Shown: positions 1-9,737 of the stretch, piece by piece | Layout: every line of letters begins with the position of its first letter | Position numbering within the stretch: position 1 is the stretch's first letter | Source of the DNA: Thermodesulfobacteriota bacterium | GTDB taxonomy: Bacteria; Desulfobacterota; Binatia; Bin18 | Assembly (NCBI GenBank): GCA_964291405.2 | Contig: OZ219926.1 | Span: 4,512,001-4,576,000 of the forward strand | DNA length: 64,000 nucleotides | Direction of reading: 5' to 3' | Program-made: the position numbers and the translations under genes | Notes under the pieces: generated by a model | What the model was told of the DNA's origin: nothing | The model's database searches: none | The model's input: only the letters and a program-made list of their open reading frames with translations

Positions 1-114
1 GACCCGCCCGGACAGGGTGACGCTCTGTTGGGCATAAGCCGGCTGGGCAGCCACCAGCCAGCCGATAAGGAAGACCAGGAGCAGGGGACGTAGGATCGAG
101 CGCGGCTCGTGCAT
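1..114 (-). CDS. 5' end (partial) of a secreted protein paralogous to 130..4212
   Basis: Manual translation MHEPRSILRPLLLVFLIGWLVAAQPAYAQQSVTLSGRV; GAGGAG RBS; signal peptide; nt 1-22 identical to 4096-4117; not in the ORF track. Confidence 0.85.
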   Translation of the reverse strand, partial: MHEPRSILRPLLLVFLIGWLVAAQPAYAQQSVTLSGRV

Positions 115-129
115 GAAGTTCTCCTCACG

Positions 130-3100
130 TTACTCCAGTGGCTCCAAATCACGGATCGCATTGGGACCAGGCGCGACCGGCGTCAGGTTCAGGAACTCCG
201 CCCCGTGTAGCGTCACCACCCGCGCCGCATAGCTCGGTTGGCCTTCACTGTCCGTCCCCTCTCCAAACAGACTGACTGTGACCACATCCGCCGCAACGGG
301 GCGACCATCACGTTCTACGTCCAGGATCGGTACTCCAGCAGCCAGACTCACCGGATCGTAGTCATAGGTCAGCCCGTTGTTCCTCAACGACAGCGGCCCG
401 TCCTCCAGTACCACTCCCGGCATCAAGGCTGTCATATGCCCGCTCGTAAGCGTCATCTCTGTTGGTGTACTGGCCGTGACCGTGAAGTCCGATGGTGCCG
501 TCAGGAAATCATGCCGAGGCAGGTCCACAGTCAACGGCATACTATGGGGCGAGACGACGTAGACCGAGAATTGCCCCCGTGCCGTGCCGAGTACGTGGCC
601 GGTCGGAAAGGGGGCCGTGACTTGCCCAGCGGACGTACTCCCATCATAGGTGACTTGCAGATCAACGGTGTATCGTCCAGGTTGGTCCACGATGAAGTTA
701 TCATCCGGTTCGTAGTAATAGCCGATCTCATTCGCCCACCCACTGAAGCGGCGTTGGCTGCCGTCCGGGGCCGTAACGGTATAGGTCACCTGGGCCGGCA
801 GAGTGGGACCGATTGCTCCGACCAAGGCAAAGGTATTACCTGTCTCTAGTACGCTACCGGGTCGCACACCGGTCAGATGCATGAAGAGGTCGATATCTTC
901 ACCTTTGAGGGTAAAGAGAGGCCCGCCACTTGGGCCCCCACCGTTGCCCTGAAACGGGGGAAAGGTCCGGGTGCCGTCCGGGTCGTTCTCTGGAAGTAAG
1001 ACAAACAGAGAGCCGTGGATGGCGTAATGTGCTTGATCGAGCGCGGAGCCGTGCAGTACCGCTGCCCCATACTGAAACTTGAACTCGCCGGGCAGGTCAC
1101 CGTGGGCTCCCACCCCAATTTGCTTGGCGTAACGATCATTAAAACGCCAATACGGATTCGGAATAGAGTCTTCGCTGATCTCTTCGCGGACGCGGACGAG
1201 CGGGCGCTGTACCGAGCGATAGCTGTAGGCCCACAGATCCACCTTGCTGGGATCGAGATGGGGATCATCCCCATCGGGCCGACTGGAGAACAGCGGGGTT
1301 TCACCCACCACCACCCGCTCGGCAAAGCTGCCGGCCCCCACTCCGAGAGGGACGCTCTCACCCCCTCTTTGCCGCAGCAGCGCGGTGAGCTGGCGACTCG
1401 GGTCGTGAAAGGTCAGGACCGGGAGGGAGGAGTCGACATCGCCTGCCTCTTCGACCCAGGTCACATCACCGGACTGAAAGGGAAAGGGCACATGGGGAGT
1501 CTCCCCATTCCGGGACAGTTGGTCGAAAAAGAACCACTGCGGTCCGATCGTATTCTGCTGATCAATCCCCCGCCGTCCGTGGGCCACAATGGTGGGATTG
1601 ACCGGAGCTACGACGCCGCCCCAAGTGCGCGAGCCCCTCCACAGTTGTTCCAGCGCATCCCGACCTCGCGCAGTGACATCCACCCGGTACTCCCCCGGTT
1701 GATCGAATATCACGCTGTTACCCGCCGGTTGGAAATAGCCAAAGCGGTTCGTCTGCCCCCGAATAACGCGCTCCTCAAGCTGACTGATATCCGAGTGGGG
1801 TATATGCTGAATCCGTACCTCCACTTCGGTCGTCATCGGTGGGGAGACCACCAAGCCTGGATTGAAGCCATCACCGACCTCGAAATGTGTACCGGGGAGC
1901 ACGGCGGTATCCAGGGCCAGAACCCGCCCAACATGAACTTCATAGGTGCCGCCCCCAGTCCAGGTGTTGCCCCAGATATCGTCAATCGTCCCCTCCACAG
2001 TAATAACGTGCGGGCCGTCTTGTGTGAACGTGACGTCAAAACGCGGGCCCAAGGTGGTGAGTTGGTAGGCATCGGTAATATGGCCTCCACCCCCGTCTAA
2101 GAGAAATCCCTCTTCGTTCACGAGGCTCTTGAGCCGGGACTGCACGAACGGGGCGGGACCCAGGACCCGCTCGGCTCCATCGGGCTGGCGGATTCTAACG
2201 GTGAGACTCCCCGAGGGAAACCGGAAGGCAATATGGGGGACATACAGTCTTCCGGCGCTCCCAGCGCCTCCCGCTGGGACAAACGGCTCAAGGCGATAGG
2301 TCAGCAGCCTGCCTGACGCTGTGCTCTGCCGCGGGATTACAAACGTTTCCGAGGAAGTCAGAATCCGTTGGGCGATTCCGAAGCGGTCAGCGTCTTCTCC
2401 AGCCAGAACCCCGCGCGAGCCGTTGCTGAGCGTATCCAGCAAGAGCACCCAGTCCAGGTGTGGCAGGGCAGGACTTCCCACCCGGATAATCGGCAGGCGG
2501 GCTGTGTCTGATGGACTTATACTAAAATCTGGGAGAATAACTGGACGGCTAGGGGAATGCTCCATAGGCATATCTGGGAAGAAGAGGGTAAGAAACGGTC
2601 TATAGTATCCGGCGGGTAAGTCAGCTGGTAGGGTGAGCGTCAGGTCAAGCTTCGCTTCAACCTGATCGGTAGTCGTTTTAACCAAAGGTCTCTCTTGGTA
2701 TTGGTTCAACCCCTCATCCCACCACTGGGGTTCCCGTTCAATCGGCAGTCCGGTGGTGGTGACGAAGGTAGATGCAAAGATGCTTCTACGGAGGAGACTT
2801 GACCCATCGGAGTCGGAGAGTCGCTCAAACCTGAGGGCCGCATTCACCTGGAGATTGTCAACCCCCTGTAAGACTGAGGAAGCCACCCGGACCGTGCCGC
2901 GGACCCGCAGGGGATCGCCTGGGGCGAAAGTGCGGGCTGTGAGAGAGCCCTGGAACGTCCAGGCAGGAAGCGTATCCCAATGGGACCGTCCGGCACCGCC
3001 GATTGGTATGCCACCGCCTGGGGGGGCCGCTACCCGCAGAATCGTCCCGGGGAGGCCTGCCAGCACTGCTGGCTTGGTATTTGCGTCTGCTTCTAAAGAT

Positions 3101-4212
3101 AAGAACTGTGCCACGGCTGTGCCGACCGGATCGGCTTTGATGAGGATGGACGTGCCGGCCGGAGCAAACAGGGCCGCCCGAAAACTCCCCCTATCCGTGG
3201 CTTGAGCGGTGGCAACGTGCCCGGTCTCCAGGGTAATGGCGACCACTGTGCTATGAGGAGCAACGGAACCCGCCGCCCCGTTCAGCGTCACCTCGCCCTC
3301 TGCCGTAGGAGCGGAGATGCTGATGAGTGCGGCTTTGGGAGGATCGTCAGGTACGAATGGCATGGGGTCCCGACTCACTGTCAGCACGAGGTCTGTCTCT
3401 CCCTCCTCGCTGACCTCTAGCACCTGCCGAGTCCGGTGGAGGGGGAACACCGGGCGGATCGTAACCACATATACCCCCGGGGTGACTTGGAGCTGAAAGC
3501 TGCCTCCATCTTCGCTATTCGTACAGAAACCTTCCCAGAACTCTTCGGTGGACAGGTGGACGCAGACCTGGGCGTTGGACACGGGCTGGTCCCCGTCGTC
3601 CACGATTTTCCCTCCCAGCACAACCCCGGCCTCCAGGATAATGTTGAGGACAGTGTCTTGGGCCACTGCCACCTCTTCCAGCCTCCGATCTATGAAGTCT
3701 TCGCTAACCACGTCGATCTGGTAGGTCCCAGCAGGTATTCCCAGGCTGTAGTGGCCATCGTCCGTCCAGGCAAAACTGATCTGCTGGCCTGCATCGTCCC
3801 GGACGGATAGATACACCCCGGGCGGCGACTGCCCACCGGGGCCGGTCACCTGCCCCGACAGTGTCACGCCGGTCTCCAAGACGATGTTCTGGGTGGCATT
3901 CGTCGAGAGCGACAGTTCTCGCTCGCGGGCAATGAGCGGGCCCTGAGCCCAGACCTTCAGCAGATATCTCCCTGACGGCACCGAGAAGCGATAGTCGCCG
4001 TTGCTGTCCGTGTCTTGCCCGTCAGTATAAATATATCCTGGCAGGCGTTCCAGAGAAACGCGTACGCCGGGCACGGCTTGACCGGCGGCGTCGGTGACCC
4101 GCCCGGACAGGGTGACGGTCTGTTGGGCTAAGGCGGGCTGTGTATTAACTGCCAGCCAGCCACTCAAGACGACCAGGAGCAGGAGACATAGGATAGTGCT
4201 CGGCTTATGCAT
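130..4212 (-). CDS. Large secreted protein with three N-terminal carboxypeptidase-regulatory-like (beta-sandwich) repeats and an unassigned C-terminal region
   Basis: 1360 aa ORF; signal peptide ending ALA-QQ; repeated 'V.LSG.V.D..G.PV.G..V...T...G.Y...V..G.Y' units. Confidence 0.8.
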   Translation of the reverse strand: MHKPSTILCLLLLVVLSGWLAVNTQPALAQQTVTLSGRVTDAAGQAVPGVRVSLERLPGYIYTDGQDTDSNGDYRFSVPSGRYLLKVWAQGPLIARERELSLSTNATQNIVLETGVTLSGQVTGPGGQSPPGVYLSVRDDAGQQISFAWTDDGHYSLGIPAGTYQIDVVSEDFIDRRLEEVAVAQDTVLNIILEAGVVLGGKIVDDGDQPVSNAQVCVHLSTEEFWEGFCTNSEDGGSFQLQVTPGVYVVTIRPVFPLHRTRQVLEVSEEGETDLVLTVSRDPMPFVPDDPPKAALISISAPTAEGEVTLNGAAGSVAPHSTVVAITLETGHVATAQATDRGSFRAALFAPAGTSILIKADPVGTAVAQFLSLEADANTKPAVLAGLPGTILRVAAPPGGGIPIGGAGRSHWDTLPAWTFQGSLTARTFAPGDPLRVRGTVRVASSVLQGVDNLQVNAALRFERLSDSDGSSLLRRSIFASTFVTTTGLPIEREPQWWDEGLNQYQERPLVKTTTDQVEAKLDLTLTLPADLPAGYYRPFLTLFFPDMPMEHSPSRPVILPDFSISPSDTARLPIIRVGSPALPHLDWVLLLDTLSNGSRGVLAGEDADRFGIAQRILTSSETFVIPRQSTASGRLLTYRLEPFVPAGGAGSAGRLYVPHIAFRFPSGSLTVRIRQPDGAERVLGPAPFVQSRLKSLVNEEGFLLDGGGGHITDAYQLTTLGPRFDVTFTQDGPHVITVEGTIDDIWGNTWTGGGTYEVHVGRVLALDTAVLPGTHFEVGDGFNPGLVVSPPMTTEVEVRIQHIPHSDISQLEERVIRGQTNRFGYFQPAGNSVIFDQPGEYRVDVTARGRDALEQLWRGSRTWGGVVAPVNPTIVAHGRRGIDQQNTIGPQWFFFDQLSRNGETPHVPFPFQSGDVTWVEEAGDVDSSLPVLTFHDPSRQLTALLRQRGGESVPLGVGAGSFAERVVVGETPLFSSRPDGDDPHLDPSKVDLWAYSYRSVQRPLVRVREEISEDSIPNPYWRFNDRYAKQIGVGAHGDLPGEFKFQYGAAVLHGSALDQAHYAIHGSLFVLLPENDPDGTRTFPPFQGNGGGPSGGPLFTLKGEDIDLFMHLTGVRPGSVLETGNTFALVGAIGPTLPAQVTYTVTAPDGSQRRFSGWANEIGYYYEPDDNFIVDQPGRYTVDLQVTYDGSTSAGQVTAPFPTGHVLGTARGQFSVYVVSPHSMPLTVDLPRHDFLTAPSDFTVTASTPTEMTLTSGHMTALMPGVVLEDGPLSLRNNGLTYDYDPVSLAAGVPILDVERDGRPVAADVVTVSLFGEGTDSEGQPSYAARVVTLHGAEFLNLTPVAPGPNAIRDLEPLE

Positions 4213-4231
4213 ACGAGCCTCCCGTCACCCG

Positions 4232-4768
4232 TTACTCTTCCACCCCCTCAATCACAAACCCCTGCACATTCTGATTCCAGCGCAGCAGCACATTCACCCC
4301 CGGGTCCGGAAAGTCCCGCGCCCGAAAGCGGCCACTTATCCCTCGGACAAAGTCCTCACCTTCCACGAGGGTGGCGACCTGAAACGTGCCGCGGGCAAAC
4401 TCCTCCCCATCATCGTAGGCCACGGCGGTATGGGTCCCATCCCCGAGCCGCGCCCAGTTCCAGATAGCCACAAAGCCGACATCGGCGCTGGCACACGCCC
4501 CGGCGTCGAGAACATCGGGCCGCTCGCTGCCGTACACCAGGGGAATCGGGTCTCCGCCGTTGAAGCGCACGGTGAGCTCCCCGTTGGCTTCACACTTCCA
4601 GCCCGAGATGACTCCCACACCCGAATAAAACAGCCCCCCACTCGGATTCTCCAGCGAGGCGGCCTGTGCCAGAGACGACGCCAAGACCACCAACCCCAGA
4701 CAGAGATGGAGGAGCAAAGACCTCCATCTCTTCCCAAAAGTCCTCCGTCGAGCAGGGTGCTGGCTCAT
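4232..4768 (-). CDS. Secreted hypothetical protein
   Basis: 178 aa; signal peptide (AQA-AS); 'LENP..SGVGVISGWKC...C' domain; same strand and adjacent to the large gene. Confidence 0.75.
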   Translation of the reverse strand: MSQHPARRRTFGKRWRSLLLHLCLGLVVLASSLAQAASLENPSGGLFYSGVGVISGWKCEANGELTVRFNGGDPIPLVYGSERPDVLDAGACASADVGFVAIWNWARLGDGTHTAVAYDDGEEFARGTFQVATLVEGEDFVRGISGRFRARDFPDPGVNVLLRWNQNVQGFVIEGVEE

Positions 4769-4864
4769 GTGCGATCCTCCGTTCTGCGCTCTAGATTAAA
4801 GGCTCTTTTATCGCGCGAATCCGAATATGTCGAATGGAAATAAAAAGTCGAAGTAAATGGAGTC

Positions 4865-5596
4865 TTACGTCAGCCGCCGCCCCCCGTCCACCGAAAACAC
4901 CGCGCCCGTACTGAAATCGGACTCCGCCACAAAGACAACGAGTTGGGCGACTTCCTCGGGGGTTCCGGCGCGTTTGACCAGAGTCTTTTCGATTTCGCGG
5001 CGCTGGATCTCCTGCGGCGTATCGTCCTGGAAGAGGACTGGCCCCGGAATAACCGCGTTGACCATGACTTCGGGCGCAAGTTCCATGGCCAGCCCCTGAC
5101 TGAAGGCCAGCACGCAGGCTTTTGAGACAGAGTAGGGCACGTAGTCAGCCCACGGGTGCTGTCCTGCGACATCGGCCATGTTGATAATATGGCCCCAGCC
5201 CCACTCCTTCATGCGCAGGCCGATTTTATGCGCGCAATAGAAGGTGCCGTCCAGGTTCACGTCCATAATCTGTTCCCAGTCATCAAACGTGACCGTATCA
5301 ATCGGGGTACGGTAAAAAAGGGCGGCGTTGTTGACTAACACGTCGATGCGCCCGAAATGCCCAAGCGCTTGTTCGATCAGGCGGTCAACATCCGCTTCAC
5401 GGCTGATGTCAGCCTGAAGGGCGAGTGCCTCATGCCCGGCGCTTCGGAGTTCTCGAACGGTTGCTTCCGCTTCGGTCTGAGAGGTGTAGTAGTGGACCAC
5501 CAGCTTGCAGCCCCGTCGGGCAAGCGCAAAGACGATGGCTTTCCCTACACGCTTTGCTCCACCGGTGACGAGGGCGACTTTGCCGCTGAGGTCCAT
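4865..5596 (-). CDS. SDR oxidoreductase, pteridine reductase/FolM-like
   Basis: TGGAKRVG, NNA and YSVSK motifs. Confidence 0.85.
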   Translation of the reverse strand: MDLSGKVALVTGGAKRVGKAIVFALARRGCKLVVHYYTSQTEAEATVRELRSAGHEALALQADISREADVDRLIEQALGHFGRIDVLVNNAALFYRTPIDTVTFDDWEQIMDVNLDGTFYCAHKIGLRMKEWGWGHIINMADVAGQHPWADYVPYSVSKACVLAFSQGLAMELAPEVMVNAVIPGPVLFQDDTPQEIQRREIEKTLVKRAGTPEEVAQLVVFVAESDFSTGAVFSVDGGRRLT

Positions 5597-5613
5597 AAGA
5601 GAATAATACGGGT

Positions 5614-6348
5614 TTACGTAAACGGCTCAAATTGGGGCTGGAGGATCACTTCAGCCGGACAGGCGCGCGGCGAAGCGGCGGCAATATGGTAGGCTGCCTC
5701 TGCGACGTCATCCGGACTGAGGAGCTTCTCGCGATCCAGCCGCTTATTGTACGGAATGAGCGTAGTGTCAACCGAGCCCGGACAGAGTAACGAGACCTTG
5801 ATGCCGTACCGCCGTACCTCCTCAAATAAGGCTTGCGTAAACCCGCGTACGCCAAACTTACTGGCCGCATAGGCGGCCTCGCCGGCCCGTCCGCTCAAAC
5901 TGGCGGTTGAGCCCAGCATGATGATGGTGCCGCGTCGGCGTTCGATCATGGACGGGAGGACGTGCTTGGTGAGAGACATAGACGCGAACAAATTCACCCG
6001 TAAGACGGATTCCCAGTCGGTGAGGCGCGATTTCACGATGGGCGTGCGCGGCGGCCCGCCACCGGCGTTATTGACAAGGATGTCAATACGCTCGTATCCC
6101 GCGAGCGTTTTCTCGATGAGAGCCGTAACCTGCTCATCCTGCTGTAAGTCGGTCGGAATCGAGAGTGCTTCGCCTCCCTGGTCCTGAATACTGCGCGCTG
6201 TATTTTGAAGCTCCTGTTCAGTCCGGGCGGCCAAAACCGTCTTCGCTCCCGCCTGAGCGAGCCTGAGGGCGATGGCTCTGCCGATGCCGCGGCCCGCACC
6301 GGTAATCAGGGCCACCTGTTCTGACAGAGGGGAGGGATGAGCCGCCAT
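5614..6348 (-). CDS. SDR family oxidoreductase
   Basis: TGAGRGIG, NNAG and YAASK motifs; start trimmed to MAAHP. Confidence 0.85.
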   Translation of the reverse strand: MAAHPSPLSEQVALITGAGRGIGRAIALRLAQAGAKTVLAARTEQELQNTARSIQDQGGEALSIPTDLQQDEQVTALIEKTLAGYERIDILVNNAGGGPPRTPIVKSRLTDWESVLRVNLFASMSLTKHVLPSMIERRRGTIIMLGSTASLSGRAGEAAYAASKFGVRGFTQALFEEVRRYGIKVSLLCPGSVDTTLIPYNKRLDREKLLSPDDVAEAAYHIAAASPRACPAEVILQPQFEPFT

Positions 6349-6431
6349 TTTGTTGCTTTTACCATGACGGAACGGTAGTATCCAATCCGCTTTTGACCAG
6401 GTGAAGAAAGACATACAACGAGGGAGGAGCT

Positions 6432-7208
6432 ATGGCGTACGAATATGCAATCTATGAAAAGGAAGGCCATGTTGCCACCATCACCATGAATCGCCCGGAG
6501 CGGCTGAATGCCGTGCATCCACCGGCTGCCGAGGAATTATCGGCAATCTGGGATGACGCGCTCGCCGATGACAACACCTGGGTGATTGTCCTGACTGGCG
6601 CTGGAGACAAAGCGTTTTCGGCCGGGAATGATCTCAAATACACGGCCGAGCACGGCTTCCCGAAAAAGCGAGCCAAGGGCGGCTTCGGGGGCTTAACCGA
6701 CCGTACCGATATCTGGAAACCAACAATTGCCGCGGTGAACGGTTTTGCCCTGGGTGGCGGATTTGAGATGGCGCTGGCGTGTGACATCATCGTGGCTGCC
6801 GATCACGCGAGACTCGGGCTGCCTGAACCACGCGTCGGCCTGGCGGCTGCCGCCGGGGGGGTTCACCGCTTACCGCGCCAGATGCCGCTCAAGATTGCGC
6901 TCGGCTATATGCTGACCGGCAAGCATATGACCGCCCAGGAAGCGCATCGCTGGGGTATTGTGAATGAAGTCGTCCCACTGGCCGACCTCAAGGCCACGGT
7001 CAAGCGCTGGACGGATGAAATCCAGGAATGTGCCCCCCTGTCGGTCCGGGCGACCAAACAGTGCGCCATGATGGGTGCGGGGCTGACCTTGGACGAAGCC
7101 TTTGCCCAGTCCTACCCGGCGCTCAAGCAGATGATGAACTCCGAAGACGTGGTCGAAGGGCCACGGGCCTTTGCCGAGAAGCGTAAACCCAATTGGAAAG
7201 GGCGATAG
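6432..7208 (+). CDS. Enoyl-CoA hydratase/crotonase family protein
   Basis: AFSAGNDL, AAVNGFALGGGFE, LPE motifs; GGAGG RBS. Confidence 0.92.
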   Translation: MAYEYAIYEKEGHVATITMNRPERLNAVHPPAAEELSAIWDDALADDNTWVIVLTGAGDKAFSAGNDLKYTAEHGFPKKRAKGGFGGLTDRTDIWKPTIAAVNGFALGGGFEMALACDIIVAADHARLGLPEPRVGLAAAAGGVHRLPRQMPLKIALGYMLTGKHMTAQEAHRWGIVNEVVPLADLKATVKRWTDEIQECAPLSVRATKQCAMMGAGLTLDEAFAQSYPALKQMMNSEDVVEGPRAFAEKRKPNWKGR

Positions 7209-7233
7209 AGATCCGGGGTTGGGGCTAGAGTGC

Positions 7234-7689
7234 ATGGCAAAGACCGAGCAATCTTCTTCCCCAATCCCCAACCCCCAACTCCCAGCCCCTCCCTCCCATA
7301 CCCACACCCTGCGTGTCCGCTACGCCGAGACCGACCAGGCGGGGATGGCGCACCATGCCGCCTATCTGCCGTGGTTTGAAGAGGGGCGGGTGGCGTTCCT
7401 GCGCGCGCTGGGTAAACCGTACCGTGAGCTTGAAGCTGAGGGTATTCATTTCCCGGTTCGGGAAGTCCAGTGTCGCTACCGGGCGGTCGCGCTGTTCGAT
7501 GACGTGCTCAGGATGACGACAACAATAGAGGCGGTCGGCGGAGCGAGTATTCGCTTCGGCTATCGGATTGTCCGTGTGGCTGACGATATATTGATCGCAG
7601 AAGGGGCGACGCGGCACGCCTGTGTTGATGACGCGGGCAGGGTGAAACGGTTGCCCCGTGAGTTGCGGGCGGTGTTGAGGGTCGATTGA
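7234..7689 (+). CDS. Acyl-CoA thioesterase, YbgC/FadM family
   Basis: RVRYAETDQAG.AHHA.YL.WFEEGR hotdog-fold motif; start uncertain. Confidence 0.88.
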   Translation: MAKTEQSSSPIPNPQLPAPPSHTHTLRVRYAETDQAGMAHHAAYLPWFEEGRVAFLRALGKPYRELEAEGIHFPVREVQCRYRAVALFDDVLRMTTTIEAVGGASIRFGYRIVRVADDILIAEGATRHACVDDAGRVKRLPRELRAVLRVD

Positions 7690-7723
7690 GTGGGTTGGGT
7701 CGATTGGGTTAGTTGGGTCGGTT
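7690..7723. repeat. Short 9-bp-unit tandem repeat (TTGGGTyNN)
   Basis: TTGGGTCGA TTGGGTTAG TTGGGTCGG between convergent genes; a similar repeat lies at 25272-25297. Confidence 0.55.
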
Positions 7724-7736
7724 GTTAAGGCTGCCC

Positions 7737-8288
7737 CTATACCAGGTTCTGCTGCTCCCGGAGCTGTTTCAGATATTTCGTGCGGGCTTGTTTCAGGAAG
7801 TCGTGCGTCTCCGGCCAGCGATAGTCTGCGTAGGTGTACACAAAAGGATGGTAGGCTGCGTGGTGGTAGAGGAGTGTCACCTCGGCATAGATGCCCTGAG
7901 ACAGGTAGAGTCGATGGGCCTGGGCCTTGGTTGATGCCAGGACGAGCTTCGTCGTATCGATATAGCCGGGGTCGAGATTCACGCGGCGCGGCGAAGCCGG
8001 ACCTGGTGGAACGGCAAAGGCGTATTCCAATTTGTTGGCTTCGAGTTTTAACCGAATCAGGTCTTCGGGCATGATGAGTTGCTCAAACGTCACAAAGCGC
8101 CGCAGTAGATGATCGCCCATCTCCGCTCGGTAATAGTCCGTGGTCTCCCAGGGGAAAACCGCGCTTTCCAAATCAATCCGACCATAAGCCGCTTCCAGCC
8201 GCGCAGCCGTCTGGGCGAAGAGGGCAGTATCGGCGGCGAGCAGACCCATCAACAATTTCACGGGCTGGGGGAGGCTCGGCGTGCCCAT
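7737..8288 (-). CDS. DUF4416 family protein
   Basis: T.YY..EMG..L.RRF, RRVNLDPGY, LVLASTK, HRLYL..GIYAEVTL, YPDY-like motifs. Confidence 0.85.
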   Translation of the reverse strand: MGTPSLPQPVKLLMGLLAADTALFAQTAARLEAAYGRIDLESAVFPWETTDYYRAEMGDHLLRRFVTFEQLIMPEDLIRLKLEANKLEYAFAVPPGPASPRRVNLDPGYIDTTKLVLASTKAQAHRLYLSQGIYAEVTLLYHHAAYHPFVYTYADYRWPETHDFLKQARTKYLKQLREQQNLV

Positions 8289-8300
8289 ATGCGGAGGGAC

Positions 8301-9506
8301 CTACGGGGTTGGGGATTTCTTTAGGGCGAGCAGATGGTCATAGACTGCATGGGCGACTGCGTCTTTGGACATCAAAGGGAGTGGTTCTTGCTGACCGGCT
8401 CGGTCCAACAGGGTCACGATGTTGGTATCGCCGGCAAAGCCGGCGCCTTCTTGCGTCACATCGTTGGCCACGATCATATCGAGATTTTTTGAGTGGAGCT
8501 TGCGCTCGGCGTTTTGGAGGACATCTTCCGTTTCTGTGGCAAAGCCGACCAGCAGCCGGTTGCCCTTGTCCTGGCCGAGTCCGGCCAGAATGTCCGGATT
8601 ACGGGCGAGCGGAATAGAAAAGTCGCCGTCTTTTTTCTTGATCTTTTGAGTCGTGGGCTGGGCCGGTCGATAGTCGGCGATAGCCGCGGCTGAGACAACG
8701 ATAGTGGCCCGAGGGTAGTGGGCGAGGACGGCCTGCTGCATTTCGAGTGCGGTGCGTACCGAACACAGCCGTACCCCGAACGGCGCGTCCAACGCGGTTG
8801 GTCCGCTGACCAAGGTGACCTCCGCACCGCGCTGGTGGGCAATGCGGGCCATGGCAAAACCCATTTTCCCGGTCGAGCGATTGGTGATAAAGCGGACCGG
8901 ATCAATGGGCTCACAGTTGGGACCGGCCGTTACGATGACATGCTCGCCCTGCATATCCTTTTTGGTCAGCGTGGCCTCCACGCACTCGACAATCTGTTCG
9001 GGCTCGGCCAAACGGCCCTTGCCTTCGTAGCCACAGGCCAATTCCCCTTCCGCGGGCTCGATAATGTGGTGGCCGAAACGCCGTAAGGTCTTAAGGTTTT
9101 CCTGCGTTGCCGAGTGGGCGTACATATGGACATTCATGGCCGGCGCAAGGACGACCGGAGCCCGCGTGACTAAAAGCAGGGTAGAAAGCAGATCGTCGGC
9201 AATCCCGTGCGCAAGTTTGGCCAGGATATTGGCGGTTGCCGGCGCAATAAGAACAAGGTCGGCCGTATCCGCCAGTCGGATATGGCCGATTTCGGATTCT
9301 TGCGTCAGGTCAAACGTATCGGTTGAAACCGGATTACCGGACAGCGATTGCAGGGTGAGCGGAGTAATGAACTCCTGGGCGTTTTTGGTCATCACCACGC
9401 GCACCGTGGCTCCCGCCTTGACCAGGAGGCGGACGAGCTCTGCCGCCTTATAGGCCGCGATGCCGCCGCTGACGCCAAGAAGGATGTTTTTGTTTTGTAG
9501 TACCAT
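8301..9506 (-). CDS. coaBC: Bifunctional phosphopantothenoylcysteine decarboxylase/phosphopantothenate-cysteine ligase
   Basis: GGIAAYKA, APATAN, PAMN, LACG..GKGR, DPVRFITNRSTGKMG, GFATET motifs. Confidence 0.97.
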   Translation of the reverse strand: MVLQNKNILLGVSGGIAAYKAAELVRLLVKAGATVRVVMTKNAQEFITPLTLQSLSGNPVSTDTFDLTQESEIGHIRLADTADLVLIAPATANILAKLAHGIADDLLSTLLLVTRAPVVLAPAMNVHMYAHSATQENLKTLRRFGHHIIEPAEGELACGYEGKGRLAEPEQIVECVEATLTKKDMQGEHVIVTAGPNCEPIDPVRFITNRSTGKMGFAMARIAHQRGAEVTLVSGPTALDAPFGVRLCSVRTALEMQQAVLAHYPRATIVVSAAAIADYRPAQPTTQKIKKKDGDFSIPLARNPDILAGLGQDKGNRLLVGFATETEDVLQNAERKLHSKNLDMIVANDVTQEGAGFAGDTNIVTLLDRAGQQEPLPLMSKDAVAHAVYDHLLALKKSPTP

Positions 9507-9737
9507 GCTGATAGCAGAACCCTCCGCTCCTCCATTTTTTAAACCGTATTTTGCATCATACGGGGGAAAAGAGGCGAGGAGCAAGGTCTTGAGGCTGGAT
9601 CACAGCTCCTCGTACAGTTGGGCCTTTTCGCCCGAATTGGCAAGATATTTACACTCCTTGACGTTTTTCCTGCCTTTGGCATTATGTGAGAAGCCTCAGG
9701 ACGGGTCTGAGGGAATGTTGACCGATTTGAGTGTAAT

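Noticed and set aside
1015-2100. 361-aa plus-strand ORF, and similar long antisense ORFs (24797..25720, 55005..55871, 57047..57874)
   Set aside because: GC-rich antisense shadows of well-supported genes, with no recognisable motifs
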